A stretch of 64,000 nucleotides of DNA from the human T2T-CHM13v2.0 reference genome, Homo sapiens (GCF_009914755.1 NC_060939.1); one strand, 5' to 3'; shown: positions 25,700-40,346, counted from the first letter of the stretch. Notes: a model not told the origin generated them from the sequence alone. Numbers and translations: made by a program.

Positions 25700-28600
25700 A
25701 AAAATAAAGACGCCTATGTTTGTTGTTTCTGGTTCAATATTCTGTGGTCAGCCCTTGGGGTTCATCTTGCTTGCTGCATCTGCAATACTCAGTGTAGCAC
25801 GTTGATCACTGTTTCCTCCATAATACAGCTTCCTAGACACCAAAGTCTTGACTTTCTTCCCACTTCCCTGTTTCCCTCACAGTGCTTTCTCAGTCTTCTT
25901 TGTAATTTACCCCTTTTCCTGGACATCTCAATGTTGGAGTGCCCCAAGGCTCAGTTCTTGGACCTTGTCCTTTCTCCTTCCCATCCAGTTCCAAGAACTT
26001 AATACCACCCTCTTGCTTATGACTATCAAAATTCCATCTCCAGTTCAACCTCTCCCCCAAAGTCCAGACTCATAGATCCAACTCTTACTATCAGATATTA
26101 ACTTGCACATCTAATAGATATATTACACACAACATGTCCACAACCAAATTCCTGGTCCTTCCCTCAAAGCCTGTTTTAACCTCAGCTTCCACTATTTTCA
26201 TGATAGCAGCTCCATCTTCCAGGTACTTAGGCCAAAAATTGTGTCATCCTCTTCTCTCTCCTTTGCTCATACCCAGTAGTCAATTCATGAGGAAACCAAG
26301 CTGATTCTGCCTTCAAGATATACCCAGGACCCGATCATTTCCCACTGCCTCCTGGCTGCTCCCCTGGCTCAGGTTACTACGATAGCCTTCTAACTGGTTC
26401 TGGTTTCTGCCTTTGACCCTGCAACATTCTATTTGTAACAGAGCGACTTAACTAATTCTTTTAAAATGTTAAGTCAAATGACATCAATCCTCTGCCCAGA
26501 ACTCTATGTGGCTCCCCGTTTCTCTCAGAGTGAAATATGTTGTTCGGTAGCCTACAAGGCTCTGTGTGGTCTGGCCCCCTCATTTCCTCTGGACCTCACT
26601 TACCCCCTGGTCTACTGACTCCAGCCACAGTGGCCTCCTGCCACTCCCGGGATGGTGCCAAGCATGCTCCAGCATTGGGGTCTTTCACTGGCTATTCCTT
26701 CTGCCTGGTACACTCTTCCAGATATCTCCCTATTCAATGCCCTCTCCTACTTCAAGTCTCTGCTCAGACATCACCTTCTAGATGATTCTCAGCCTCACCA
26801 TTCTGGGCAATCTTGAAACTCCTCCCCACTCCCACCCTGGGGACTTCTGATCCTTCCTACCATGCTCTGTATGTTTCTTTCTTCTGTTGTGCATATCCCT
26901 TCAAACATGCAATTAATGTATTTATTTATTATATTCACACCTAGAGTCTGTCTCTTGCACTACAAGTTGAATTCCAGAAGGAGAAGGATTTTGCTTTTTC
27001 GCTTATGTAGATGCCAAGCACTTGAAACAGTGCTAATACAGAGACCAATATATGCTCGTTCAATAAATAAATGAATAAATGAAGCACACAGAACTGCATG
27101 GTCAAACCTCCTTAAACCCCTTAACCTCCTACGTCTTATACTTCTATGATTTAACCCAATACATTTCTTTCCTCCACTAAGAATAGATTTTTGTTCTTCT
27201 GATCAACACTACACCACCCAGTGAAGGGCCTTGTAATTTATTCACCCAACCAGCCTTCAAATGTAATTAGGACCTATTAGATGAAGAGGTGGACTTGTTT
27301 TAAAAAGCAGCACAGCATGAGCAGTCCATTCTTAAATCAGAGGCTTGTAAGCAGTAGGCGTTACAGTCAGGAATACAAAAACCAAAAATGAAACAGTTGT
27401 TGCTCAAATACCTATTAAAGATCCCCAGGGTGATCTTTATGTAGAACAAAAACAAAACTGAAACTAAACAAAAACCAACAGCCATTAAAAAGAATAGGTC
27501 ACCTCTCCTAATTCTTGCTCAGCTTCTAAGGAATTAGATTCAGCTCTTAATATTCAACTTTTTCTCTCCCCTCTAGACCTTTTGGGCTTATTTTCTGTCT
27601 TACGGATTTACTTCAAGCAAAAGTAACAACCATAACCATCTGTTGCATAAAAATGAGAATTATACTTTCAACCAAAAGGCAACTTGCTGTTGCTGAGATT
27701 TGCCACTTGTCCCATGTAGCAAAGATCCCAGGTGCAGCAAAAGAAGGAGCTACTTCAGGTCTGCTTGAACACCCTTCTTTTTATGCTACTCATGCACTGG
27801 GATCAACTGTCAGGCCTCCAGCCCCAGAACACATTAATGACTAGAAACTCAGAAGCGATACTCCAGTGATGTTCCCTGTAGTCCAAGCAGTTTCCTTGAG
27901 TGTGGCCAGTTTATAACTTCTGCACAACTTGGAAGCAATGCAGGACTCTCAAAAATGGCTCCAGGCACCTATTCATTGGTTTTTTTCTTGTGATATATTT
28001 GCCTTTCCACTTGCAATCACTTACAGTTAAGGAAGGGGTAATACATTTAGCCAATGTCAAGATTTAGACAATGGCAAGAGTCTAATGTTGGCCACCATCT
28101 GCAACGTTTATGGTGTCACAATGGGCAGAGGAAGACAAAGGAACCGAGATTGCAAATATAATACATGAGTCACGAAGGTCTGGAAAAGCCACATCTTTCT
28201 TTCTTTGTTATTATTGCTGTTGTTAATTCATTAAGTGATTGATTTTTATTGCGTTATATTTCCAGTATCCCTTTCAGCCGAGTATAAGGCCATTTTCTTG
28301 GTTACTAGGGCAAGGTGAGGTCAAGTTTGTGCATGTGTGGGTATGTTAATAATTCATATCATACCGTGTAGACTATGCAAATAAAACATGGGTCAGCCTC
28401 TTTCCTAAGTCCTCCAGCTCAAACAAGAGCAACTCCCATCTCAGCATATTACTCCCTGCTGTCAATGTCAGTCTCTTAAAACATTATCATGACAGAAAAC
28501 CAAAAGATTTCGTGAAAAGCTCTTTCAGCTACTTCACACACCATGGAGTGTCAGTCTGGGTGAAGCATTGCTTCTCACTGAAGATATTGTAACAGTTTAG

Positions 28601-29579
28601 CAAAATCTAGCAAGTCAAATTCTTTCCAAAGGTAAAATGTTCTGGATTCATCTTAGCCTGTTCCTATCTAAACTGACAGATTTGCCCATGAAAATCACTT
28701 GAAATATCTTTATATGGAGAGGCAGGAACTATCTTTTGTTCCTTAACAGTTCTTAAGAGCAAATAATACTTGAGTTTGCTCTTCCTGAGAAAAAGAGGAA
28801 GAAAAGATCAAGAAAGTGAAGGCGGTAAAAGCAGCAAGAAATAATCAAGAAACTGATAACTATATTTCCTATAATGATCAGCTATTACCTAACAAGAATG
28901 CATGGCTTTCTTCTCTGCTCTACTCTTAACCAATGGCTGGCTTGTACTTGGTGACTCCTAGGGCTCAAGTAGGCCATATGACAGTGGACAGTGACCCTCA
29001 AGCTGCTGCAGTGCAGGGCGTGTCTGAGGATGGTTCACAGGGAATGCCATGGGCACACGGTTTCTGCACGATAGCAGAGGTTCTTCTCTATTGCAAGTAT
29101 CTCAAATTCCTCCCACTGTCACAACTGGTTTGAGAGACTCAGAACACGGCACAAGGGCAGGAGGTCCACTCAGGACAGTTGTTATTGCTGTGTGTAACCA
29201 ACAGCCACAGCCAAAACAAACTAAAGGAGATGGTGTAAACCCTTTCAAAAATTCAGTTGGTAAGGGTTTCTATTTATAGGGCTGAGCAGTTTTGGATGGA
29301 GAGAGAATTCTCTCCAGTTGGCACTAGCCAGTCCAGAACAGTGGTGTGGGTATGAAATTTATGTGGGTTGGTGGATGCTATAAGACCTAGAAGACCAAAG
29401 GAGATGTGACTTGGCACAGAAATACTTCCTCTGCAATCTGTTTCTTTGTATGCTTTCTTTTGGGAAGAGTGCCTCTTTTCCTACTAAGGCTTCCAATAAT
29501 TGGCCCACCTTAAGCACCCAGCATGAATTCTGTTCTGTAATAGTGATTCTCCTCTCTACCCTACAGAAACACCATGCTG

Positions 29580-29940
29580 AGCCTCCTTGTGCCCCACCAT
29601 CTGTAATTCCCTCCTGCCTGTTCAAATCTCCCCTGTCCTTCAAGGCCCAGGTGAAGACCCTTCTTCCCCGTGAAGCTTTACAGATGACTTCAGCCCACAC
29701 TGATCTCTGAGTCATATGGCACTCAAGAGTCTGAGTCATATAATTTGCCACTTTATTACACATTATTTAATACTATCCTATAATTCCAGGTAGAACTATA
29801 GGATAATTTGTTGGTTTGTCCCCCAATAAAACTGTACTCTGCTCAAAGTCAGAGACTGAAACTTTTACTTCTTTGTACCCCCACTGTTGCTGGCAGAGCC
29901 ATGGACACATGGTAGACAGTCAATAAAAGACTAATTGGAT
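29580..29940 (+). mobile_element. L2 3' fragment
   Basis: CCTGTCCTTCAAGGCCCAG..CTTCCCCGTGAAGC...CACATGGTAGACAGTCAATAAA. Confidence 0.55.
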
Positions 29941-30999
29941 TGTTCCCAAGTTGCAAATCAGTGCATACATTAAGAAGGCTAAGCCAAATAAACTCCCTCC
30001 ATTAAAGTCTTCTAAATTACATATAGATCTAAAATTCTAAAAAGCAGGCAAATGACAGAGGTAAGTCACTGAAGGATAAAAATTATTTCAGCAATAACCT
30101 CAAGTTGCAGAGACAATGTAGTTACAGGAACAAGGGAGGGAGGGAGGGCAAGATTTGATTCCAAATTGACCTTTATGATGTATTCAAAGGATATTGAGAG
30201 AAAGCTAAGGATGAGAGCAGATAACAAGCGAGGTGCTACCTTCCAAGGTGGAAGGATGGCAAGAAAAACAAGCACTAATTGTGAGAGAAGGAGTATATGG
30301 GAGAGCATTTCAGAGAGACAGAGGATAAGAACTCCATGCACAGAGCCGTGAGAACTACATTTCATTCTGACAGCCTGCTTAGCCAAGAGATGCAGATAAA
30401 TTAGTAGTTAAGTAGAGGTGAACAAAACAATCTCGTTGATTGGGAAATTCACAAAGCACAAAAGGAGTCCTAAAAAGTCCAGTTATGGAATCTCTCATGA
30501 TCCATACTGACCACTCTCTGAATCAAACCAGGCTCCTCTTTTGCCTGGAACCATGGACAGTGTTTTTAGCACCTGCAACATGCCTAGCACTTTACACACA
30601 CCACGTCCAAGCTGCACAACAACTTAACATAATGTTTGCAGTGTCGCTTGTATTTTACCGATGAATACATAAAGGCTCAGAAAATCAAAGTTATTTGCTT
30701 ATTCATCCATTCAATGAACATTTAGTGTTGGCTTGTTTTGGTGCCAGGCACAGTCTGTTAAATAGGGGTCAAGGCAGCAGTGTCTGCTGTCACAGAGATT
30801 ATGTCATAGAGCTCAAGAGTCTGGCTAAGGTTTGGACCCTGTCTGGTTCTAAACCACACATGTAGCCTCTTTTCTATTCTGCCCTTACAAGGAAAGCCTA
30901 CGGATGGTTTTCTTTTTAAACCTGTCATAAACATGATAATAACATGGTTATAAAAATATTTTGTCTCAATAACACTTCAATTGAAAAGACTATTTAAAC

Positions 31000-32480
31000 C
31001 ACCACAGGACATATGAAGTATGTGGAAAGAAAGGAAGACTTTTCTTACCTCTTATTTAAATTACAAAAGCAAGGCATGAAAGGCTTCTAGCAGTAGGGCA
31101 GATTGAGAAGACACACGTTCCCCCCTTTCCATGACAAACAGAAATCATGGGCAAAGGGTAGCAACAAATTGTAAAACCAAGCTTGGTAAGAAAACAAGAC
31201 AGAGAAACCCCAAGAGTCCAGAAAGAGGAAAAGATCTCAAAGCCAAGTGATGCAGTAAATGGGAGTTCATTGACTATGCCTCCTGTGGGTACTTCACCCA
31301 AACATCAGATCTGGAGTTAGGGTTCTGACACTTGAGTGAGGTGTAACACCTAGGAGTTGGAAGCCAGGTATAAGCCCCTGCATGGAGCCTGGAGCTATGA
31401 AGAGCTACTCCATTCTCCAGTCAAAGCAACAAAACTTTGTTCCTATGAAGGGAAAAAGAGCAAGAAAACTTGTCCTTCTGGGGTCATGGATGGGAAACAA
31501 AAAGAAATAGAAACTCAGAAACTAGAGATGCATAGTCAGAAATTATTCCACCCACTTGATAAAGAAAACTTCCTGCTAAGAAAGGAATACCCAGCTAGTC
31601 CAGACCAGTAATACTCTTAGGACCCTTGCGAATGCAAAACCAAAATCCCACTGCAGACACATCTCCACCACCCACTATGAAACAAACCCGACTGGAGATG
31701 AGTTAACAATAAAAAGTATAAATCCAATGTGAACATGAAATACAATAAGGGTGAGTTTGCAAGGGCATCAAATGGAGAACTGGAGCTAACAGGACAATTT
31801 GAAAAAGACTATAAAATTGTCTTTAAAAAGACTACTAAAAACAAGAGAATGAAGGAGATGGGAGAAGCAATCAGAACTATAGTGAAAGAATGGATCAGAA
31901 TTTTATAAAAGACGTATTTTAAAGAGAATTAAGAGGAGACTTAGAAATGAAAAACTTAACCATTGAAATTAAAAACCCAAAGCACATTCCTTAAGCAGAT
32001 TAGACAGCGGGTAAGAAATTAAGTAAACCAGAAGAAAGCGCTAAAAAAATACTCTAAATACAGTAGTGAGAAATAAATAGAAATTATAAAAGAGCTCTTA
32101 AGAAACATGGAGAATAAAATGACAAAATCAAACGTAGATCTGATACCAGTTCTGGAAGTAGACATTGAAAAAAAAAGGAGAAGCATTATTCAACAAAAAT
32201 GGTCAAAACTGTTCTCAAGAAGAGACATAGGTCTTTGAAAGACACACAGAATCATCAGCAGAAAAATATAAGTTAACTCCAGCAACATTATATTGAAAGT
32301 GCAAAATATCGAAGACCAAAAAAATCTTAAAAGCATCCAAAGGGGAAAAAAAGCTACCTATAAAGGAATGACAATCACACTGACATCATATTTCATATTA
32401 GCAACAACAGACGCCAGAATTGTTATCTCCAAAGGGCAGTGGGAATCTAGCTATCAAGCTAGTACTTTGAACCTAAATCA
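31000..32480 (+). mobile_element. Old L1M 5'/ORF1 remnant
   Basis: A-rich; ORF 32293 has the ORF1p-like segment KNLKSIQRGKKATYKGMTITLTSYF..AT.DAR. Confidence 0.6.
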
Positions 32481-32484
32481 TCCA

Positions 32485-32750
32485 TCCCTATGTTGTTCAA
32501 TATGGAGTATGAAGTCACTGGTCAAATGTGGCTATTGAGCCCTTGAAATGTAGTTAGTTTGAATTGAGATGCACTGTAAGTATAAAATATACTCTGGATG
32601 TCAAAGGCGTATTGTGAAAAGAATGTGAAATATCTTGTTAACAATATTTTATATTGATTACATGTCAAAATGGTGACATTTTGGATATGTTGGGTTACAT
32701 AAAATATATTATTAAGTTCACCCATTTTTGGTTTTTTTACTTTTAAAACC
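32485..32750. mobile_element. MER33/MER3-like hAT-Charlie element
   Basis: ATGTGGCTATTGAGCCCTTGAAATGTAG..GAATTGAGATG..TGTAAGTATAAAATATAC..TTTTGGATATGTTGGGTTA. Confidence 0.75.
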
Positions 32751-33284
32751 AGCCCCAGTGATCTCCATTCATTCACTTAATAACATTTGCCACCTTCCTC
32801 CAACCTCAGGCTATTTGCAAATTGAAAATAATCTCTTAATTAACTCCTTGGCTACTTTGTACTTTTAGCATTTCCTTGGTTTCAAAGTATACATTTATCT
32901 GTAGAACCATTTTATCCACGTCTGTCTCCCAACTAAAATAAATGTAAACTCCATAAAGATAGAAACGATACCTGTCATAGCCAGTCCTGTGTGCTCAGCC
33001 CCTAGCATGGCGTGGACCCAGGACTCTATGTCTTAGTGGTAATTAAGAGTATGTGCTTCAGCATCAGATGGAATGATTTCGAATCTGCCTCCACTGGGGC
33101 CGTCTATTTGACCGGAAGACACGTCATCTGACTTTTCTGAGCTTTGATTTCCTTGGTTTTAAAAAGCCTATTTTCCTATTCTTTAAGATTTTAATGAAAT
33201 GAATGAAATAGCCCATCGGTTGTCTCCTTCACTCTGATGCTTTTTAATACGTGCCTGGGACTTAATTTATAAAATGAGTGGCAA

Positions 33285-33780
33285 CATGGAGGGGTCAATG
33301 CATTTGAAGGAAAAGTTGAGTGTTACTCACAGCTTCCCTAGAAATGAGGCATAGCACATTGTGCAGGGTCACGTGGGGAAACATCAGAGTCACTGAGGAG
33401 GGAGGAGGCAGGGGAAGGCATGGCCACAGCTGTTACTGGGGTTTCTGTGGGAAACCCAGGGCAGGGTAAACAGCTTCGGATTGGCTAGTTTGAATAAGCC
33501 CGGCAGGCTTTGGTGGCATAAAGCTGCCCCTAGGTATCTGGTCCCTGGCCCTGAGTTGATGTAGGGCAGGGGAATATTGGCTTGTTACATGAGTGTTCAG
33601 TGAAGAAGGTGACTGGGGCGTGGCTATGGATCAGTGGGTCAGCATTTGAAAGGCAGGCTCAGAGATAAGCCATCGATGATTTCCAGGAATTAACTAACCC
33701 TGGGCGGGGCAGCTTCTCCACAGTCAGCAAGGCCCCCAAGATGTCAAGCATTATAAAATATAAAAGCACAATTAGTACAC
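33285..33780. mobile_element. Old ERVL-class LTR (MER54/MER74-like)
   Basis: GGGTAAACAGCTTCGGATTGGCTAGTTTGAATAA..GGGAATATTGGCT..CAGCAAGGCCCCCAAGATGTCAAGCAT; family assignment tentative. Confidence 0.5.
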
Positions 33781-34057
33781 CTTTGAGCCACTGTTGTCTT
33801 TCCAAAGAGTAACAATTTGCATGTCACAGTGGCCACTCCCTTGTTCTGGACACAGTTTTGCTTATTTAGGTTTCTTCCGCTTGCTCTGAGAGATGACTTG
33901 TTCCTAAACCACCCTTACCTACTTTCCAAAAACCAGAAGCTAATTGCCACAGTTCTGCCACAATTCTAGTCTTAGTGCTAGAGCACTCCCCAGCTTAGCC
34001 TGTCCCAGCTCCCAGGAGATGCTAGAAGAAATTATTGTTAACTATCCTGCAAGCTCA

Positions 34058-34691
<634 letters not shown>

Positions 34692-35102
34692 TCACAGTGG
34701 CTTGGGCAGAAAAGAACTTATTATAAGGATACAGAAGTATCTCAGGAACCCACAGGCAGCCGACCTGAGGAATGAACTGGATCCGGGATGCCATGTAGAT
34801 ACTCTTTCACCTTCGTTCCTCTTTGCTTATCTGCTCTGTTCTTCAGACTGATGTTCTCTGCTGCTTCACTGCACATTGTGGATCGAAGGTCCACCACTAC
34901 AGCTGACTGGCCCAGTTTGGGTGAGATACCCATCTCTAGTCTAATCAACTGTTGCTGGGGGTGGCAGGGGTGGCAAGGAAATTATAAGCCGAACAGACAA
35001 AGACGATCACAGTGGTTGAATAGTTTGGAAGGTTAAAATGCTGGCTAAACAGCTTCTCAGGGCACAAAACTAGTATGCATTATACATTTTTAAGACAGTG
35101 AT

Positions 35103-35424
<322 letters not shown>

Positions 35425-37143
35425 TTACGGAAATTCGAACATCTTTTTTCCCAATGATTCATTAAATATTAGGGAACTAGTGTCCTATAGAATTCGTACA
35501 ATTGCCAAAGGTCACAGGTTGTGGCACATCTTTGATTTTCCAAAGTGCTTTACTACGTGGCAGGAGATCAAAAGATGTGATTTCTTGATATTCTGTGTGT
35601 ATATCTTAAATAATCGTTGGGTAGATGGGGGCATTGAAGGTTAAGGGTACTTCATGAGAACAGACACAAGAAGAAAGTGGGAACTTTGAAGTCCCTGCCT
35701 AAAGTAGAATCATCAAAATTTGAGCAGGACCAATCCTCATACCCAGCTGTCTCATCTTAGAAGCTCCAGAAAAGCTGATTGACTGGCCCAAGGTCACACA
35801 GCAAGTTAGTAGCAAAGTTGAAACCAGAACCATAGCATGACGAGTACCGTTGTTAACAGCAGGCCAGCCTTGGATGCATTCAAGGTAGAGATTTGACTTT
35901 TCAAATATTTGCAAAGCCTGCTTTGAGCTAATTGGTACTGTAGGAGTGCCTGGATTTTATGATAAGTGGCGCAGGGATTCTGCATTACAAGTTCAGAGAC
36001 TGAATCCATGTTTGCCAGCCCAAGCTGAGCCTCAAGAGACTCTGAGATCACATTCTTCGCTGCCACACTGACAGCCACAGAAGCCGCATGTACTCAGAGT
36101 ACACTCACACTGGGAGCCCTGTGGAGTGTTTAATCCTTAATTTAAATCCTAATGATTATTCAGCCTATTCGAGAGTTTAACTCAGTCATCAAAGGTTAAG
36201 GTGCCTCCGGGTTCTGCATTCAACAAGGCAGGAAATTAGTTTCTTAGCCCCGAATCCAAGCGGAAATAAAGATGGGAAAGTCAGAAACTGACTCTACCTT
36301 TGTTCAAATGACCCCCGCTAAAACTCTACGGAGAGTTGCACATACCATCAGCAGCCCCAAAGCAAAATATGTCATCCATTGGCACCAAGAGACAAAGCAA
36401 GTCCTTCCAGGGGGCTTCAAGAGTTGCTGGCTGGTGGTAAAGACCTCGTGCCACCTACCCGCCCCTACCCCAGTGCCTGTCTTTACCTCCAATACAGAAA
36501 AGGGAGTGACATGGGAAGCCCATCTTTGGCCATAGTGGAGCAAACAGCTTCCAGTATGAAGACTTTGCTTGGCCCAAAGCTTGTGCCACTGACTGTTTTA
36601 AAAGTGGACTTACTCCAGGCTACCCTCTTTGGGTCCCCTCCTGTTGTATGGGAACTCTGTTTTCACTCTATTAAATCTTGCAACTGCACTCTTCTGGTCC
36701 GTGTTTGTTACGACTCAAGCTGAGCTTTTCCCTCGCCGTCCACCACTGCTATTTGCTGCCATCACAGACCCGCTGCTGATTTCCATCCCTCCAGATCTGG
36801 CAGGGTGTCCTCTGTGCTCCTGATCCAGCGAGGCGCCCATTGCCACTCCCGATCGGGCTAAAGGCTTGCCATTGTTCCTGCATGGCTAAGTGCCCAGGTT
36901 GATCCTAATCGAGCTGAACACTAGTCACTGGGTTCCACGGTTCTCTTCCGTGACCCACGGCTTCTAATAGACCTATAACACTCACTGCATGGCCCAAGAT
37001 TCCATTCCTAGGAATCCGTGAGGCCAAGAACCCCAGGTCAGAGAACATGAGGCTTGCTGCCATCTTGGAAGTGGCCCGCCGCCATCTTGGAAGTGTCCTG
37101 CCACCATCATGGGAGCTCTGGGAGCAAGGACCCCGGTAACATT

Positions 37144-37161
37144 TGGCAACCACGAAGGGAC
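37144..37161 (+). other. Retroviral primer-binding site, with splice donor G|GTGAGT just downstream (about 37172)
   Basis: TGGCAACCACGAAGGGAC two nucleotides after the U5 terminal CA. Confidence 0.85.
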
Positions 37162-38114
37162 CTCCAAAGTGGTGAGTAATATTGGACCACTTTTGCTTGC
37201 TATTCTGTCCTATCCTTCCTTGGAATTGGAGGAAAATACCGGGCACCTGTCAGCCAGTTAAAAAGGATTAGCGTGGCCGCCGGACTTAAGACTCAGGTGT
37301 GAGGCTGTCTGGGGAAGGGCTTTCTAACAATCCCCAACCCTTCTGGGTTGGGACCATTCGTCTGCCTAGAACCAGCTTCCGCTTTCAATTTTCCTGGAGA
37401 AGCCAAGGGCTGACCAGAGGCAGAAAGTTGTCATCCTGAACTCCTGGCGTTAGCCGGTTGAGATCTTGGCGCAGCCAGAAGCCTCTACTCAACAGTCACC
37501 CATGAGTGTGCCCCTACCTTTCTTTCTGACCCATACCTCCTGGGTCCCGACCATGACTTTCTTGAAAGTGTAGCCCCAAAATTCTCCTTACCTCTGAATC
37601 TACTTCCTCTGATCCCTGCCTCCTAGGTACTAATAGTTCAGACTTTCATTTCCTCTAGCAAGTTGTATCTCCAGAGGGATCTAAGGAAGCTCTATGCTGC
37701 ATCCTTACGCATCTAGGCTATAAACCCAGGGAGTCTTGTCCCTGGTGTCCCTCCGATTTAGGTATACAGCTCTCGACATGGGCAGTTATGTGGGACCCTT
37801 TCCCCACCACCTTTGCCAAGGCCCCAAGTTTGTAAATGCCTAAGAGGAGAGAAAGAGAGGGAGACAGAGAGGAGGGAGACAGAGGCAGAGAGGATAAAGA
37901 GGTAGAGAGACAAAGAGGGAGTCAAAGACAGAAAGAAAGAGAAAGATAGAAATAGTAAAAAACAATATGCCCTATTCCTTTAAAAGCCAGGGTAAATTTA
38001 AAACCTATGATTGATAATTGAAGGTCTTCTCCATGACCCTACAACACTCCGATACTACCTTGTTGTCAATGTAAACAAGGGCATAGCCTGAAAACACTGA
38101 GACCACTGGCAACC

Positions 38115-40030
38115 CGTATACTCTGCTTTCCCAAATATCAGAGGAAGCAGACTGGTTTACAGTCCTGGACCTTAAGGATGCCTTTTTCTGCATCCCTGTA
38201 CATCTTGACTCTCAATTATTGTTTGCCTTTGAAGATCCTTCAAACCCAATGTCTCAACCCACCTGGACTGTTTTACCCCAAGAGTTCAGGGATAGCCCCC
38301 ATCTATTTGGCCAGGCATTAGCCCAAGACTTGAGCCAGTTCTCATACCTGGACACTCTTGTCCTTCAGTATGTGGATGATATACTTTTAGCTGCCCGTTC
38401 AGAAGCCTTGTGCCATCAAGCTACCCAAGCGCTCTTAAATTTCCTTGCCACCTGTAGCTACAAGGTTTCCAAACCAAAGGCTCAGCTCTGCTCACAGCAG
38501 GTTAAATACTTATGGCTAAAATTATCCAAAGGCACCAGGGCCCTCAGTGAGGAACGTATCCAGCCTATACTGGCTTATCCTCATCCCAAAACCCTAAAGC
38601 AACTAAGAGGGATCCTTGGCATAACAGGCTTCTGTCGAATATGGATTCCCAGGTACGGCAAAATATCCAGGCCATTATATACACCAATTAAGGAAACTCA
38701 GAAAGCCAATACCCATTTAGTAAGATGGACACCTGAAGCAGAAGTGGTTTTCTAGGCCCTAAAGACGGCCCTAACCCAAGCCCCAGTGTAAAGCTCGCCA
38801 ACGGGGCAAGAGTTTCTTTATATGTCACAGAAGAAACAGGAATAGCTCTAGGAATCCTTACACAGGTCCAAGGGACCAGCTTGCAACCCATGGCATACCT
38901 GAGTAAAGAAATTGATGTAGTGGCAAAGGGTTGGCCTCATTGTTTATGGGTAGTGGCGGCAGTAGCAGTCTTAGTATCTGAAGCAGTTAAAATAATAATG
39001 GGAAGAGATCTTACTGTGTGGACATATATGCGAACGGCATACTTACTGCTAAAGGAGACTTGTGGCTGTCAGACAACCGTTTACTTAGATATCAGGCTCT
39101 ATTACTTAAAGGGCCAGTGCTGCAAATGTGCACTTGTGCAACTCTTAACCCAGCCACATTTCTTCCAGACAATGAAGAAAAGATAGAACATAACTGTCAA
39201 CAAGTAATTGCTCAAACCTACGCCACTCGAGGGGACTTTTTAGAGGTTCCCTTGACTGATCCTGACCTCAACTTGTATACTGATGAAAGTTCCTTTGTAG
39301 AAAAAGGACTTCGAAAAGCAGGGTATGCAGTGGTCAGTGATAATGGAATACTTGAAAGTAATCCCCTCACTCCAGGAACTAGTGCTCAGCTGGCAGGACT
39401 AATAGCCCTCACTCAGGCGCTAAAATTAGGAGAAGGAAAAAGGGTAAATATATATACAGACTCTAAGTATGCTTACCTAGTCCTCCAAGCCCAGGCAACA
39501 ATATGGAGAGAAAGGGAATTCCTAACTTCCAAGGGAACATCTATCAAACATCAGGAAGCCATTAGGAGATTATTATTGGTGGTACAGAACCCTAAAGAGG
39601 TGGTAGTCTTACACTGCTGGGGTCATCAGAAAGGAAAGGAAAGGGAAATAGAAGGGAACTGCCAAGCGGATATTAAAGCAAAAAGAGCCGCAAGACAGGA
39701 CCCTCCATTACAAATGCTTATAGAAAGACCCCTAGTATGGGGTAATCCCCTCCAAGAAACCTAGCCCCAGTACTCAGCAGAAGAAATAGAATGGGGAACC
39801 TCATGAGGATATAGTTTCCTCTCCTCAAGATGGCTAGCCACCAAAGAAGGAAAAATACTTTCACCAGCAGCTAACCAATGGAAATTACTCAAAACCCTTC
39901 ACAAAACCTTTCACTTAGGCATTGATAGCACCCATCAGATGGTCAAATCATTATTTACTGGACCAGGCCTTTTTAAAACTATCAAGCAGATAGTCAGGGC
40001 TTATGAAGTGTGCCCAAAAAAATAATCCCC
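38115..40030 (+). pseudogene. pol: HERV-W pol remnant (RT, RNase H, integrase N-terminus), disrupted
   Basis: ORF 38219-38755 has WTVLPQEFRDSP..LQYVDD; ORF 39018-39764 has RNase H YTDESSF..SAQLAGLIALTQAL..NIYTDSKYA; HHCC-type segment H.TFHLG...EVC near 39900-40020; in-frame stops and frameshifts. Confidence 0.93.
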
Positions 40031-40346
40031 TGCACTTCAGGCCATACATTTCACTCCCGATATCTTTAACCTCCTTGTTAAGTTTGTCTCTTCCAAAATC
40101 AAAGCTGTAAAGCTACAAATCGTTCTTCAAATGGAGCCCCAGCTGCAGTCCATGACTAAAATCTACTGTGGACCCCTGGACCAGCCTGCTAGCCCATGCT
40201 CCAATGTTTATGACATCGAAGCCACCCCTCCCAAGGAAATCTCAACTGCATGACCTCTACTACACCCCAGTTCAGCAGGAAGCAGTTAGAGTGGTCATCG
40301 GCCAACCTCCCCACAGCACTTGGGTTTTCCTATTGAGAGGGGGGAC

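Larger units (their letters stand above)
23500..27083 (+). mobile_element. L2 element interrupted by an Alu and the NPM1 retrocopy
   Basis: CTCTCTACTGGAT..CATCAGCATACAAA before the inserts; the L2 body continues at about 25720-27000 and ends ..CAATAAATAAATGAATAAATGAA. Confidence 0.7.

Noticed and set aside
37055-37115. Tandem GCCATCTTGGAAG repeats
   Set aside because: Appear to be an intrinsic part of LTR17 U5 rather than a locus-specific feature.
38219-39764. RT and RNase H ORFs as an active or novel reverse-transcriptase system
   Set aside because: Ordinary HERV-W pol fragments with stops and frameshifts, no gag/pro, no complete integrase and no 5' U3.
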